Below, in pieces: positions 11,707 to 25,917 of a DNA stretch of 64,000 nucleotides. Source of the DNA: Eledone cirrhosa (lineage: Eukaryota); assembly GCA_964016885.1 (NCBI GenBank), contig OZ024741.1:189224001-189288000 (forward strand), given 5' to 3'. The notes below the pieces were generated by a model. It saw only the letters and a program-made list of their open reading frames with translations, was not told the DNA's origin and searched no databases. Position 1 is the first letter of the stretch. The number at the start of each line of letters is the position of its first letter. A program made the position numbers and the translations under genes.

Positions 11707-12518
11707 TAATAATTGGTGTAAAGATAGTGACATATCTTCATGTGAACTTCATGTTATAAGTTCAGTGAGGATAGTGAATATAATTTTTCAAAACTCAGGG
11801 AAAATATGCTAATTAGGATAACGTTAAAACTGAAAAGATCCATTAAGTTTAGACGCTAGATAGATTTTAAATATTTATCTGAATTTTTTTAAAGGGTTTG
11901 CTATTAAATTTGAAAAAAATATTGTAGAGTTATTTTAGAATGATTTATAGAAATATGTATATATACACCCAAACATATTTACATGGGTATAGAAAGAATG
12001 ATATAATTATATTTATTTATTTATTTAATAATATATTTTAAGAATATGGAAGTGTTTATAATATTTAGGTGAGAATTATAATGTATTGTATTAAATAGAG
12101 AACTATTAATTTATTAAAGTAATTACAACAATATAATATGTGAAAGATACCCTGTATTTAGATATGCGAGTGGATATATTTTTCGCATATATTTTAATAT
12201 TATGATGAATAGCATGTATCATCATCATCATCATCATCTTCGTTTAACGTCCATTTTCCACGCTAGCGTGGGTTAAAGAGTCATTGTTTATTTCAGTATA
12301 ACATTATCTCTCTCACACAATGTTTCAATCAACTGACTTCTAAATCAATGCTTTTGTATTAGAATTATCAATAAATAATACACAGTATGTTTTATTGAAT
12401 TCAGTAAATTAATGGTTTAGTTTGGGAGTAACTGAAACAATATCGATTTAGGGTTTACTTCTCACAATAGTATTGTTTGTCTTTTATATTAGCCCATGTT
12501 TGTTTTTCATATTTATCC

Positions 12519-12561
<43 letters not shown>

Positions 12562-12666
12562 CCCCTCTCTCTCCCCCCCCCTCTCTCTCTCTCTCTCAAA
12601 AGTACAATAGATGATGACGTTCAATGACGATATATACTAGTTTCATGCTTTATATAATAGGAAGAG

Positions 12667-12701
12667 TCTTAATCTTTCGGATGCTAATCCTTCATCAGAA
12701 A
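12667..12701 (-). ncRNA. Minimal, probably degenerate hammerhead motif
   Basis: TTT-CTGATGA-A-GGAT-TAGC-ATCC-GAAA-GATTA-AGA; stems I and III are weak. Confidence 0.45.
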
Positions 12702-12796
12702 ATAGAATGAGAAATAGAAAAATAGAGGAGAATGAGTAGGGGCAGAAACGAAAACAAATTTTTTGAGAAAAAGTAGGTCTGTTCATTTCACTATCT

Positions 12797-12839
<43 letters not shown>

Positions 12840-13017
12840 CGGCGATGAATTAGTTTAGCGAGGTTTTTTATATGAAATCGTGTGTTGAAACAGATATTGT
12901 TATACTTGGTTATATCGCAGATATAAAAGACAGCGAGAAGCGAAAACCAACCAAACAGTGAGTGTGTTCTGTTATTAATTCTGGCAATATTACGCAAATA
13001 TGACCCTCCCCAAGTAT

Positions 13018-13060
<43 letters not shown>

Positions 13061-13599
13061 TATATAGCCAGATGGCTGGAACAGGTAAAAGATATATATA
13101 TATGTGTATATATAAGAATATGTTGTCATGGTTGCATGTGGTTCAAGGCAGTGTTAGGTAAGCAGGAAAATGTGAAGTGAAACAAATACCATGGTAACAT
13201 AAAATAAACTGAAATAAACTGAAAAAACAATAAAATATGTAAGAAAAAACTCTTTTTAAAACCATATACATCTTATGTCCTATAGTATGCTGTAAGATGG
13301 GTTTGGCATAGCCAACTGGCCTGTCCCTACTCATGGCAGTGCCATCCAATACTAGGCCACAAAACTATGGCTACACTGTGAAATGGGTTAGGCTCCTCTT
13401 ATCGGTGCCATCCAGTACTGGGTTCCAACTGGCCTCTTCACATGGACCACCCGTCTAACCCATGCAAACATGGAAAAACTGATGCTAAATGGAAATGATA
13501 AAGATGATGAAATGATAATGTTCATATAGGTAGGGAATCTGGGAAGACAAAGGTGTGTGTCAGTAGAATGGGAGTGGAAAGGGAGAACTATCCGACAAG

Positions 13600-14230
13600 G
13601 TAGCTCATCTAACTTAATTCTCTCTCTAATTAGTAACTTTCATGATCTGGTCTATCAACTTCATTCCTCTGTAGTTACCTCCCTCTAGTGTGCCTCTGCC
13701 TATGTAGCAGTTTACAATGATACAGTTGCGCCATATGACACCCTCTTCTACTTGATTAATTACAGTATCTGATTAGCTTGTAACCTCCCATGCCAGATGA
13801 TTCTAGTATCTCAGTAACTATACTGAATGAGCCAGTTGCTTTCCCTATCTTCATATCTTTAACTGATTTGACTATCATACCGCTGGCAACTATTATGGTT
13901 GGTACCTCAGTTATCACTACATAGGATTGCCTCACAGTGTCCTATTTATTTTGATCATTCAATAATCTCTTGTGATAGGACTTCAATGTTTCTTTCTTTT
14001 CAGCATCAGACAGAGCAAGTGCACCACTATCATTTCAAATACACTTTTTTCCCAACAACATCTCAATTTTCTCTAACACAATGCCTTGTAATCTGGAACA
14101 TTTCACACCTCTGGTCTCTAAGTAAACCTGATTTGAAGCTTCTTTTCAAGCTATTTAGTATTAATTTCTGTTTCCCCCTTCCCCAGGCCTGTCTTTTTGC
14201 TTTTATGGCTTCATCTACCCTGTTATTCAA
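13600..14230 (-). mobile_element. Old RTE fragment (region preceding RT and RT N-terminus)
   Basis: NNRVDEAIKAKRQAW and RDQRCEMFQITRHCVREN resemble the intact ORF. Confidence 0.65.
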
Positions 14231-14318
14231 CGTATGTATGTCTGTGTGTGTGTGTTGCATCCTGCTTTATTCTTGGAAAATTTCTATATCATCATCATCA
14301 ATACATATAAAATGATGA

Positions 14319-14360
<42 letters not shown>

Positions 14361-14490
14361 GAAAAGTGGGTAAAGTTCTATACAAATTGAAGGTTATAGA
14401 AAAAAGTAAGAATGTAAACAGCACGGAAGTGTAAAAAAGGAGAAAACATTTTTTTGAAAAGAAAGATGTTTTTATAAAATATATAAAATA

Positions 14491-15525
14491 CTAGCGGATA
14501 TTAAATAGCAATTGTGTATACCATTTATGTCAATACTTCAGTGCTGCTTCGAAAACTATACTTTTACAAAATCATTGGCTTTTTCCAAAAGGGGGTTCCT
14601 GCCCCCAGGGGTCCCCTACCCAATATGTGCCAATTCTGAGAGTTCATATTCATCTGTAGGACAAAGGTAGCCCATGTGTCAAGTTTTGTGAAAATCGGTT
14701 GCGAACTCCAGAAGTTATGACGTTTTGTTGCATTGCACTGCAGTGCTTCAGTCGACTCCAAGGAAGTGGTTAAAGTGGTTATCTGCCGGGGGGCCCTATA
14801 ATCAATATCTGGAAAAATGACAGTGCCCATGACCATCCGGAGTACATAAGTAACCTATGTCTTAAGTTTGGTGAAAATACTGTAGAAATGCATAAGGTTT
14901 ATACATACGCGCGTGCGTTCGTGTGTGTGTGGGGTGGGGGGGGTATGTATTTGTGTGTGCGTATGTATGTGTATGTCCATATGTATGTACTGGCCTAAAT
15001 CTTCACTATTTACTTTTACTATTTTAATAACCTCTGACATTTTCGTTTTCAATTTTATTTACATCATTCTTAAACTCCGGGGCTGGAAATCATTCTGTTA
15101 TGTTAAATAGAATATTAGTCTAACGACTCCATTTATACCATAAACTTGGTCTTGTCTTTACATAAAATTGTTCTTCACGCTCCACATAACGACGTATTAT
15201 CCTCGCTTTTTTTCCTGTTCATTGCCAGGGAACGTCTTCACGAACCAAAATATCGTCTTCCTGTTTTTGTTCGGTTGCAACGTTTCTCGAAATATTTACT
15301 TCTGCGTTCACAGATTACTCTTAGTTCAATTTGAATGGGAAATTCCTGTTTCATTGATTTTCTCCGTAACCATGGAAGATTGTAGCTTGAACGTCGACCC
15401 AACGCCTCCTCGGGTCATTCTGCATAACTGTGTAAATTTTCGCTGCATTCCACCAAGCCGTTTCGACGTTTATCCGACTACACCTACATATACAACGTCC
15501 GACCACTTCCAATTTATATAGTAGA
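14491..15525 (-). mobile_element. Non-autonomous Helitron-like element
   Basis: Minus-strand 5' TCTACTATATAAATT and 3' CTAG in an A|T context; no clear 3' hairpin. Confidence 0.5.
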
Positions 15526-16974
15526 TTTGTTTATATATGAATGACAAAAAGAAAGTACAAAACTATACATGAATTGTTTCTACTAAACCTTCAATTTAAG
15601 ACACAACCTACATATTTGATAGGACTCCAGCTCACTTCTTCTTCTTCTTCTTCTTTTGCTCCCCCTGGAACATTGGGCTGCGAGCCACCCCCACACAACG
15701 CCATGTTCTGAGTCTGCTTTTCAACTCCACCGTGATGCATGGTGCGTCATAGTTTATCTAACCATTTTTTTAGGTCTTACTACGGCTGATTTCTTCCAGA
15801 GAGAAAGAAAGAGATGGAGAAAGGCAGAGAAGATTCATCCCCGGAGGAATAATAAAAAATGTTTACACTGCACATTTCAATTTTTCAAAGCTAAAGCTGC
15901 CGATCCAAAATCAGTAATTCAACTCCCTGAAAACTTTCAAATATATGCTGTTCTAGTATGAATACTATGCTAAGGGGCAGCTGTCCACAAAGTAAGATTT
16001 ACTTGCATGTCCCTGCTCATATAAACACATAAATACATGCATACATACATTACAGTTGATATTTTTTTTTTATTAAAGCGTTTTCATATTATATATATAT
16101 ATATATATATATAGTGATGAAACATAAGTCAATTGCATGAACACATAATCCTTTATTTACTGCTTTATTTGTATGAAATTGTAAATAAGACAAAAGTATT
16201 AGAACAGGGGGAAATAACTCACCGAACGCGATAGTTTTGGGGCCACAGGGACCACATTTTTCAAGTTAGAGATTTGAAACCTCATCTATTTGCTTCCTTG
16301 GCACTTTTTACATAGGTGTGTAAATTTTCATGTCAATCCGACCAAGTCTACTACCATTTAACCGTGCACACCTGAATTTCAACCACCGCCCATTTCACAA
16401 ATATATATTAGATTATCGGTTTCGATGTAATTTCTCTTATCAAATATTAAAGTTAAATTAAAATTTAAAAGTAAAAAATTAAGGGTTGAAGAAGGTCTGT
16501 TCATATTTCGTGTTTTGAGAATATATATATAGAAATATATATATATATATACCATTCAACATGCAATTTTACATGCACATTCCAATGTATCTATACATTC
16601 ACACATTCTTCCCTCATTGCATATATTCATATACATACTGACATAAATTTACACACACAGCACACAAAGAACTAGTGGCAACCAGTATACTATGAGTGGG
16701 AAGGAGGAGATTTTTATAGAGCATTCTTACATAATGTTTAAATGATAAACAGAACTGTCACATGACACAGTGTTTGTTATTAAATGAATCTTTTATAGTC
16801 TAGTTCATGACATATTCACACCTTCAGTTCTCACCCATCCTACACATCCTCTTTTTAGCTTATGTCTGCTTCTTCTGTCTGCTTCTTCTCTCCTCTCTCT
16901 CTCTCTCTCACTCTCTCTCATCCATATACACCCATACACACTCTCTTTCTATCTCACTCACGAAATATAGATCC

Positions 16975-17632
16975 TACCAACATTTGAAAAATGCAGGTAG
17001 GATCTATAGAAGTGGTTGATAGCTTCCAGTACCTAGGTAATCAGATTAGCAAGGGAGGGGGCACTCCGAGGCCATAGTTTCTAGAATAAGGATGGGTTGG
17101 AAGCAGTTTAGGGAGCTGCTTCCTCTGTTGACAAAGACGGGTTTCTCCCTGCGAATGAAAGGCCGATTATATGATGCCTGTGTGAGATGCGCGATGCTGC
17201 ATGGTAGTGAGACATGGGCAGCAACTGGGGAGGATATGTGACGGCTGGAGAGAAATGAAGCAAGCATGATCCATTTGATGTACAATATAAATGTGCGTGA
17301 ACGACCAAGCATAGATGAGTTGAAAAAGAAACTGGGTATAAGAGGGATAAGTTGTGGTGTGCGGGAGAGAAGACTGTGGTGGTATGGACATGTGATGTGC
17401 ATGGAGGATGACCGCTGGGTAAAGAAGTGCCAAGAAATCCCAGTAGAAGGAAAACGCAGTAGAGGTAGACCACGTAAAACATGGGTAGAGGTGGTGAGAG
17501 CAGACCTCAGATAGCTGAACTCATGGAGGAGATGACGAAGGACCATGAAAAGTGGAGAGATGCTGTGCTGAATAGGACCCGTCTCACCCTTGCAACCAGG
17601 GAAAAGCAGATGTAAAATGATGATGATGATGA
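16975..17632 (+). mobile_element. RTE family B 3' fragment
   Basis: C-terminal RTE peptide (RLWWYGHVM..GRPRKTW) plus family B tail. Confidence 0.85.
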
Positions 17633-17640
17633 TATATATA

Positions 17641-17828
17641 ATTGTTTCTACTTTAGGCACAAGGCCAGCAATTACCCAGTGCATTACTGGTACTTTATTT
17701 TATCAACCCCGTAAGGATGAAAGGCAAAGTTAACCTTGGCAGGATTTGAACTCAGATCATAAAGGGACGTAACTATGCTGGAAAGCATGGCGTCCGACCC
17801 TCTACCGATACTGCCAATGCACCGCCCT
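17641..17828 (-). mobile_element. SINE family S2
   Basis: Reverse complement of the 47274-47463 sequence. Confidence 0.8.
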
Positions 17829-18017
17829 TATGATATATATAATAAAAAGGACGAGGTGTTAGACCTTCATTACATTTATTGAGGTGTGACGCACGTTTTA
17901 TGATTGATCAGTTCAAGGCTCAATCTGTATTGATTGTGCCCGACTCTGGAATCAAAAGCTCATCAGATTTCCGTTATCATAATGACATAATCTAAACTAT
18001 ATATATATATATAACTG

Positions 18018-18300
18018 TGAATGTATGTTGCCTAGTGGTTAGAGTATTAGGAATACAATCATGAGGTTTTGCAATCAATTCTGGATCTGGCACTACATTG
18101 TATCCTTCAGCAAGATACTTTATTTCACATTGCTCCAGTAAACTCAGCTGGGAAAAATGAGTTGTGACATCTCTTGTGCCATGCTGTATTGGCCTTTGTC
18201 TGTCTCTTGGAGAATATCTGTGGAGAGAGGAGACTAGCATGCATGAGCCACTGGTGGTCTTCCACAAAAACACTTAGCTCAAGCTTGGGCCTCGGAGGGA
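18018..18300 (+). mobile_element. Old tRNA-derived SINE
   Basis: GCCTAGTGGTTAGAG head and ACTTTATTTCACATTGCTCCAGT core. The 3' part recurs inverted at 48470-48660. Confidence 0.55.
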
Positions 18301-18857
18301 GAGAGAAAGCATGTGTGTGTGTAGAGAGAGAGATAGGGGGGGGGGACAGAGGGAAGCAGGAGAGGTAGATATAAGCTAAGAAGAGGATGTGTAGAAGAGT
18401 AAGAACTGAAGGTGTGAATATGTTGTGACCAAAGAGGATCTTTACCCATTTTTATAAAACATAATTGTTAAACTCCCTATCATAAAATCAAATAAAATGA
18501 CTCCAGTCCAGCACTAGCTACAAACTCAAACAAATATCATCCAAACACCTCAATATGACCTAAGCTACCATATACATATGGCACTGGGTATCTATGTATA
18601 AATTTGAGCAACTTCTGTCCATCTGTCCATCACACAATGTATGGGTGTGTTTGTATGAATGTATGTGTGTAAAAGGATGGAAGGGGGTAGTGAAAAATCT
18701 ATAGCAAAACAGTGGCTGGTGTTTCATTTGCTATGCTGTGTGTGAGTGTATGTGTGTGTTTGTGTACTCTCCAATGCATAACAATAACCAAACCTATACT
18801 AAATACTGGTACACAAGCTCTGAATATCATCAAGCTACTACTACTATTACTTTGACA

Positions 18858-19310
18858 CTAAACTCTGCCAGTTGCAGAATGTGCATCAACATGAGATATT
18901 TTTCTCCACAAAGTTTGATCACCAACAGCAGAGTTTAAACAGCAAAGATGAAGTCCAGTCCATAGGTTGATATTATCAAGCCATCGTTTTGGCTGTCGGT
19001 CTCTGCTTCTCTTACCAGCCAACCTTCCTTCCAGGCATAACCTACTTACACCACGAGTTGATATTTTTATATGACTGTATAGTTTGAGTACTCTTGACTT
19101 GACAATTGATGTAATTGGTCTAAGTCTGGTAATGTTGAGCAGCTCACTGATACAGATACGGTCGCTAAACCGCTTGCCAGTCATAAGTCGCATGATGTGG
19201 TTCTGGAATATAGAGAGCTTCTGAAGTGACCTTGTCGTTCAATTAACACAGTCAAGACCATATAACACAACTGGTAGGATGTAAGTATCAAAGATCTTAG
19301 CCTGTTTTGA
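18858..19310 (-). mobile_element. Distinct RTE-like LINE 3' fragment
   Basis: SRVLKLYSHI...LEGRLAGKRSRDRQPKRWLDNI...WR C-terminal motif. Confidence 0.65.
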
Positions 19311-19633
19311 TATATCTGTAGTGACCACTACCACATTACATAATCAGTATTGCACTTACACAGTCTCAGAACAGTCATCAATTAACAAACTCAAACTATA
19401 TATCACAAATTAATAAGAATCAAAAGCAAACTATATATTATGTCCACTCAACCCTTTTAGGATAAAAGACAACTAACCTAGCAACAATCATTTTCACTGA
19501 AATAAACTATTTGCTTAATGATTAAAACTAGAACCAACTCAATCAAAACCTTGTAATTATTTATTAACCAAATGCAGACCACTCTGGAAATCAACATACA
19601 TACACACACACATATATATATTGTGTGTGTATG

Positions 19634-19664
<31 letters not shown>

Positions 19665-19679
19665 ATGTGTATATATATG

Positions 19680-19751
<72 letters not shown>

Positions 19752-19783
19752 TAAGAATCAAAGAACTGTTCAAAACATTATTG

Positions 19784-19830
19784 TGCTTACAGCTGTTTCC
19801 TCCAAACCGAGGTTTGGATTCTTCGGAGCA
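19784..19830 (-). ncRNA. Type I hammerhead ribozyme variant (core CCGAAGA)
   Basis: TGCT-CCGAAGA-A-TCCAAAC-CTCG-GTTTGGA-G-GAAA-CAGCTG-TA^AGCA. Confidence 0.65.
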
Positions 19831-20192
19831 ATTTATTAATGCATGGACAGTTATATGACCTCCTTTTCAGCCGAGAGACATACCAAATACATATTCAAAC
19901 ATTGATACATATTCAAACATTGTGGGTCAACATTCATTACAGAATTTAGAGTGGCAGTACACACATTGAGCTACTTAACTTACTGGTAATAAGGTAGTAA
20001 TACATTACTGCCTACCACTATTTAGGGTGTGTGTAAAATACTTACAACTGCTTAAGGTTTTGTGTTTACATAACCATAAATAGTATAACTAATACTATAT
20101 ATATATATATATATATATATCACAGTCTGAGTGTGTGTGTCTCCATTTCTCTTTATATATATGTATATATATATATATATATATGTCCCTCA

Positions 20193-20373
20193 CTGGCAGT
20201 ATCGGTAGAGGGTCGGACGCCATGCTTTGACGCATAGAGTTACAGCTCTTGCCATTCTGAGTTCAAATCCCGCTGAGGTTAACTTTGCCTTTCATCCTTA
20301 CAGGGTCGATAAAATAAAGTACCAGTAATACACTGGGTAATTTGCTGGCCTTGTGCTAAAAGTAGAAACAATT
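20193..20373 (+). mobile_element. SINE family S2
   Basis: TGGCAGTATCGGTAGAG...GAGTTCAAATCCC...GGGTCGATAAAATAAAGTACC. Confidence 0.8.
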
Positions 20374-21723
20374 ATTCAAGGTAGTGAATTGGTAGAATAC
20401 AAAACAATATATACCTTGTGATATTTACTAACAGCTCTTTACATTCTGTTTTCAAATCCCACTGAAGTCAACATTGTCTTCCATCTTTTCAACATCAGTA
20501 AAATAGATACTTTTATCCAATGTATCCTTTGATATTTGTCTTTCTTTCAAACAATATAGTGTGATTTATGAGATTTGGTTGCTCTTTCAACCAGCTCAAG
20601 CAACCACAAAGATACATTACTGTGGTGCCTTTGGATTATTTCCTTTTTTTAGTGTTTAGTGAAGGAGGAAAGTACAGTGCCTGTGACTCTTTTCAGGGCC
20701 TCTGAGACTGGTGAAGAGGAAGGAGATATCTTCAAACTAGACACCTAGCCGGAATACTTGCAATAGAGTAGACTCTGTTAAAGAACCCAAGGGCCAGAAG
20801 GTGGTGTTAAACTGCAACAGTTTCTTGGATTTTAACTCAGAACAAAACAACCTGTTCTATCAATTCTACTAATCCACTACCCTAGACTGGTATTATGTTT
20901 TGTCAACCCCTGAAAAGATGAAAAACAATGTTGATCACAGCAGAATTCAGCTGGAACAAAAATACCACAAAGCATTTTGTCTTATACTCTAATGATCCTG
21001 CCATTCTTCTTCACTTCTTGTTTGTTAATTGTCTACTTAGCATTTCTTCCTTCCTGGGGCAGGAAGTTAGTCTTTATAGCATTCTTTGAGGTGAAATGTA
21101 TTAGGGAAGTCTTTTCTAATACTCTATACAAAAATGGCATTTCAGTTGAGAGGTGTCAAGCACCTCTTCTGACTAACACAATAAAAATGTTTGCAGGTTC
21201 AAAAGAAAAGCTGTAACAATTAATTCCCTAATTTTTTCAAAATTCAATTAAAAGTTTTTCTTTTTAAACTTAATTAACCAAACTAAAATAATTAACTAGC
21301 AAGCAGAGAAAGTGAACATTAAATGATGGTGATCATCATTATAATCATGATGTGCTAGTTGTGTTGTGGTATTTTGTACAAAAGGGGGAGTGCAAGTGAG
21401 ATGGGAAAGAGCTTGGTGCGTGATGTGAATTGATTGCAAATGCAGAGGGATGATGTTGAGGCATATATTGACAGGGGAAATGTGAAGGATATGAAAAGTA
21501 GAGGAAAATTGGCAGAAGAATCCCCTTCCCATTTAACTCCTTCTAGCTGAGAAAACATGACAGTGATCATAATGGTTATGATAATGATGAAGACAATGAA
21601 AAATGTAATTACAATCATGATGATGATCATCATTAGGATGATTATGATGGCTCTGATAATAATATTGTTAATATCTCCCCCAAAAGCTTTTTCAGATTTA
21701 TCATATATCTACATTTTCATTAA

Positions 21724-21989
21724 TCTCTTCAGTGCCGCAGACGAAATAACTCACCCTAACATGTTTGAAATCTTTTCCAACAGTTCATAACTTCAAAGTT
21801 ATGAAATCGTTTCTAACAGTTCATAACTTCAAAGCTAGATGGGGTTACTAGTTTATTGATGTGATGTTTGTCAATCATTCAGATATGTGTTGTTAATAAA
21901 TGTTTGTTTTAAAAAATAGTCATTTTACTGAAAAAAAAAACCTGACACAGCAACTGTAGCTGTGAAAAATATACACGGCAGTCAACAGG
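21724..21989. mobile_element. piggyBac-like MITE (degenerate)
   Basis: TTAA on both flanks; imperfect TIRs TCTCTTCAGTGCCG / CGGCAGTCAACAGG. Confidence 0.45.
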
Positions 21990-22254
21990 TTAAGGCAGCA
22001 GAGAGATAGTTTTAGAGCACTAAACACCAGCCCTTTGTCAGTGTTCCATCAACATGATGACTTGCACAAAAGAAGAAGGGTAGGCTTGTCTAGGAAAAAA
22101 TATATTACATGCTAGGGCGTTGCTGCATGTTTAATATGCACCTACACCAATCCTTGGGCATTGATTGATTTGTTGAAATAGAGTAATTGTTAAGTCATCA
22201 CATATATATCATCATTTTACATATACTCCTTATGTACGCACACACACACACATA

Positions 22255-22652
22255 TATATGCGGTAGCTGGAGAGAAATGAAGCAAGCATACTCCGATAGA
22301 TGTCCAATGTCAATGTGCATGAATGACCAAGCATAGACAAGTTGAGAAACTGTGTATAAGAGGGATAAACTGTAGTGTGCAGGAGAGAAGACTGCATTGG
22401 TATGGACATGTGATGCGCATGGAGGATGACCGCTGGATAAAGAAGTGCCAAGAAATCCCAGTGGAAGGAAGATGCAGTAGAGGAAGACCACGAAAATCAT
22501 GAGGTGGTGAGAGCTGACCTCAGATCGCTGAACCTCACAGAGATGACGATGAAGGAATGTGACAAATCGAGAGATGCTGTGCTGAAAAGGACCCGTCCCC
22601 ACCCTTGCAAGCAAGGAAAAGCGGATGTAAAATGATGTTGATGATGATGATG
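22255..22652 (+). mobile_element. RTE family B 3' fragment
   Basis: Homologous to 5860-6231; (GAT)n tail. Confidence 0.8.
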
Positions 22653-23702
22653 TGTGTGTCTGTGAATGTATGGAGACGGCACATGAGTGAGTTGACTGGC
22701 TATCTTCCCCATGCTTTTTCCATTCTGTTCACAGAACGAAACAAGCATGGGGAGGATGGCAGTGTGGAGGCTGAGAGGTATATATCATTCAATTCCCCCC
22801 TCTGTCAATATATCCCTTCTTTCCTTCTAATTAGTTCTTCCTTGTTTGCAGCCTCTCCTCAAATCATTGATTTCCCCCCTCCACCTTATCTAAACCATCC
22901 CCACATCACTGTTTGCATAATTGCGAGTTAGTTTGAGTTCTGTCTGACCCCCGCCCTGCCACTCTCTGATGATCATTCACCCACCCCATACAATCTAACA
23001 TTTGCCTTCATTCTCTCTCTCTCTCTCTCTACCCCCCCCCCCAGCTGGCAACATCTAGCTGCTAGTATTATCCCTCCCACCATACTACTTTTACCATGCT
23101 CCCATCTTAACCTCCTTCCATTACTCCCATTCTCTACCTGGCTGAAGACACAGTGATCACCCAAGTGTTGGTGCCACAATATGATGCACTCAGTACATTC
23201 ATTAAATTGGTCATGCTGTTGCCATGATAAAATGTACCCAGTCCACCCATGACATGTTTGTATCACAATGTAATGGTTTCTGATTTAGGCATAAGGTCAA
23301 CAATCTTTTTTGGAGGGGAAAATTGATTAAATCTCCCCAGTGCATTACTGGTGCTTTATATATATCGACCTCGTAAGGATGAAATGCAAAGCTAAGCTCG
23401 GTGGCATGTGAACACAGAACATAAAAGGTCATGAACTCTATGCTGCACCCATGACATGCTATAAAGTGGTTGGAATTTAGAAAGGCATGCAATCATAGAA
23501 AACATGCTAAAATGAAAAGCATGCACAGGATGTTGTCATGTGACTTGTCTAGTCTCAGAACATGACAACCTATCCAAATCGTGCCAGCATAGAAAACAGA
23601 TGTAAAATGGTAATGATGAGGCTAATATGTGTGTGCTGTGTGTGATGTATGCATGTGTGTATGTGTAAAACAAATATGTAGTTACCATTATTCCATTCAA
23701 TT

Positions 23703-24029
23703 CCATTTTACGTCCGCTTTTTCCCTGCTTGCAAGGGTGGGACGGGAACTGATTCTGGCTTGATTTCTACAGCTGGATGCCCTTCCTAACACCAACCTCA
23801 TTTACAGTGAGTGCTGGGTGCTTTTTTGCCGTGGCACCACCACGACCACTTTGCAGTGGAATGATATGGACCCCAGTCCCTATCATCACATTTCTACAGC
23901 TGAGTAAACTGGAGCAATGTGAAATAAAGTGTTTTGCTCAAGGAAATAACACATCACCCGGTCTGAGAATTGAACTCACAACCTTTCGATTGCAAGGCCA
24001 ATGCACTAACCACTAAGCCATGTGCCTCC
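23703..24029 (-). mobile_element. SINE family S1 with RTE-derived tail and 16-bp TSD
   Basis: tRNA A/B boxes and an RTE-B-like tail; TSD ATTATTCCATT(C/T)AATT at 23687-23702 and 24030-24045. Confidence 0.85.
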
Positions 24030-24619
24030 ATTATTCCATTTAATTCAACCTATTCTATCATATAGGTGGCAAATGGGCATAATTGTTAGAATGCTTTATG
24101 GTATTCATTCTAGCTCTCTGCTCTCTAAATTCAAATCCCGCCGAGGTCAACTTTGCCTTTCATCCTTTCAAGGTCGATAAAAAAGTACCAGTCTAGTACT
24201 GGGGTCAATTCTTCCTCTACATCTCTTTCTCATTTCCTCTCTCTCTCACTTTCTGGCTTTCTCTGGAAGAAATCTGCTGTATTCAGGCCTGGAGAGGGAT
24301 GGGGTCTGCCAGGCTTAAAATGCCCAAGAAACACTGTACATCAATACGGCACCCCTACGACTCTATGAGTTACGGGACCATACCATACCATTCTATCCCT
24401 TCCCTTATTGCTGCTCTATTACTCCCTACTGCACAGATTCTCCCATTATACTCCTCTGTAACCTCCATCTCTCCAATGCATTGTGTCTCTTCCACCATGC
24501 TATCACACCTCCGTTAATTATGCCATATTCTCTCTTCTATTGGTCACATGCTTTAAATGAGCAAAGATGTTGAGTGAAGAGTACTCCTACTCATGCAAGA
24601 TTCAAAGCAAATTCACCAG

Positions 24620-24810
24620 TTAGCACCATGAATAAATGCAACCAGTACACCCTGTAAAGTGTTAATCTTGGTACTATGATAAAATGCACCTAGTATACTC
24701 TGTAAAGTATTAGTGCTGGTACCATGATAAAATGTACCCAGTACACTCTGTAAAGGGGTAGTACTTGTGTCATGATAAATTGCACCCAATATATTTTGTT
24801 AAGTGGTTGC
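24620..24810 (+). repeat. About four diverged ~50-bp tandem repeats
   Basis: Units resembling GTACCATGATAAAATGCACCCAGTACACTCTGTAAAG. Confidence 0.65.
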
Positions 24811-25363
24811 TGTTAGGGAGAGTATCTAGCCATAGAAACCATTCCAAAATTTGAACATATTGCAAGCCATGAACCATGAGGATCTGTCCAACTGATGTCA
24901 ACATAGAAAAACACACATAAAATGATGATCATCCACTTTGTTTTCTTATCACTTTCTCTTGCTTCCGCTTCCCTGTGTTTTTTTCTTTTTCTCTCTCTCA
25001 TTTTCTCTCCTTTTGTTGCTGTCTGGTTTTTTATTGATGTTATTCTTGTTGATGTTGGCATGTGGTATCTGTGCCTGTGTCTTCTCCCCTTCCTCTCACA
25101 TGTAAGGTCCGCAAAACATTGCCCATAGCTTCACATTGAAAGTAGCTTCCCAGAGTTGGTCTATACAGATCTTACTAGGGTGGCTTACTAGAAGATGAGT
25201 CTGTTTCTTGCCACATGCGGAGTCTGGGTTTCACGGTGCAAATAACAAGGCATGGGCAGACACTGAGACAGTGCTTCACACAGAACAACAATGAGGAAGT
25301 AACCTGCTGCCTAAGGTCCTGCTCTATTAGAGATATTACCACCAAAATAGACTCCCAATATGC

Positions 25364-25470
25364 TTGAGAGACCACATGATATGTATACTAAACTGTGCAT
25401 GCGGGAATAACTACATTGGTTTCACGAAGCACCTACTACACCACAAAGTGCAACAACACTTCCCCAGTGC
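25364..25470 (+). pseudogene. Second Penelope-like GIY-YIG remnant
   Basis: MICILNCACGNNYIGFTKHLLHHKVQQHFP fits the C-x-CG-xx-YIG-x-T...QH-x-P pattern. Confidence 0.55.
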
Positions 25471-25576
25471 AACACCCTCAAGCACAACATGCTATCTCAC
25501 TCTCTATCTCTTCCTCTCTCTCTTTTTCTCTCTATCTCTCTCTCTCTCCTCATATATATATGTATATATATCATTT

Positions 25577-25917
25577 CATCATCATCATCATTTCATTTTT
25601 ACGTCCGCTTTTTCCTGCTTGCAAGGGTGGGACGGGAACTGATTCTAGCTTGATTTCTACAGCTGGATGCCCTTCCTAACACCAACCTCATTTACAGTGA
25701 GTGCTGGGTGCTTTTTTGCCATGGCACCTCCACAATCACTTTACAGTGGAATGATAGGGACCCCAGTCCCTATCATCTCATTTCTACAGCTTAGTAAACT
25801 GGAGCAATGTGAAATAAAGTGTCTTGCTCAAGGAAACAACACATCACCTGGTCTGAGAATTGAACTCACAACCTTTCGATTGCAAGGCCAAGGCTCTAAC
25901 CACTAAGCCATGTGCCT
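25577..25917 (-). mobile_element. SINE family S1
   Basis: Highly similar to 23703-24029. Confidence 0.85.

Noticed and set aside
12896-13024. 15-bp inverted repeat TATTGTTATACTTGG as MITE TIRs
   Set aside because: The repeat-like sequence extends beyond the left arm, so boundaries and TSD are unsupported.
17885-17975. Minus-strand CTGATGA...TAAAACGTGCGTC hammerhead-like motif
   Set aside because: GAAA is mutated and stem I is not complementary.
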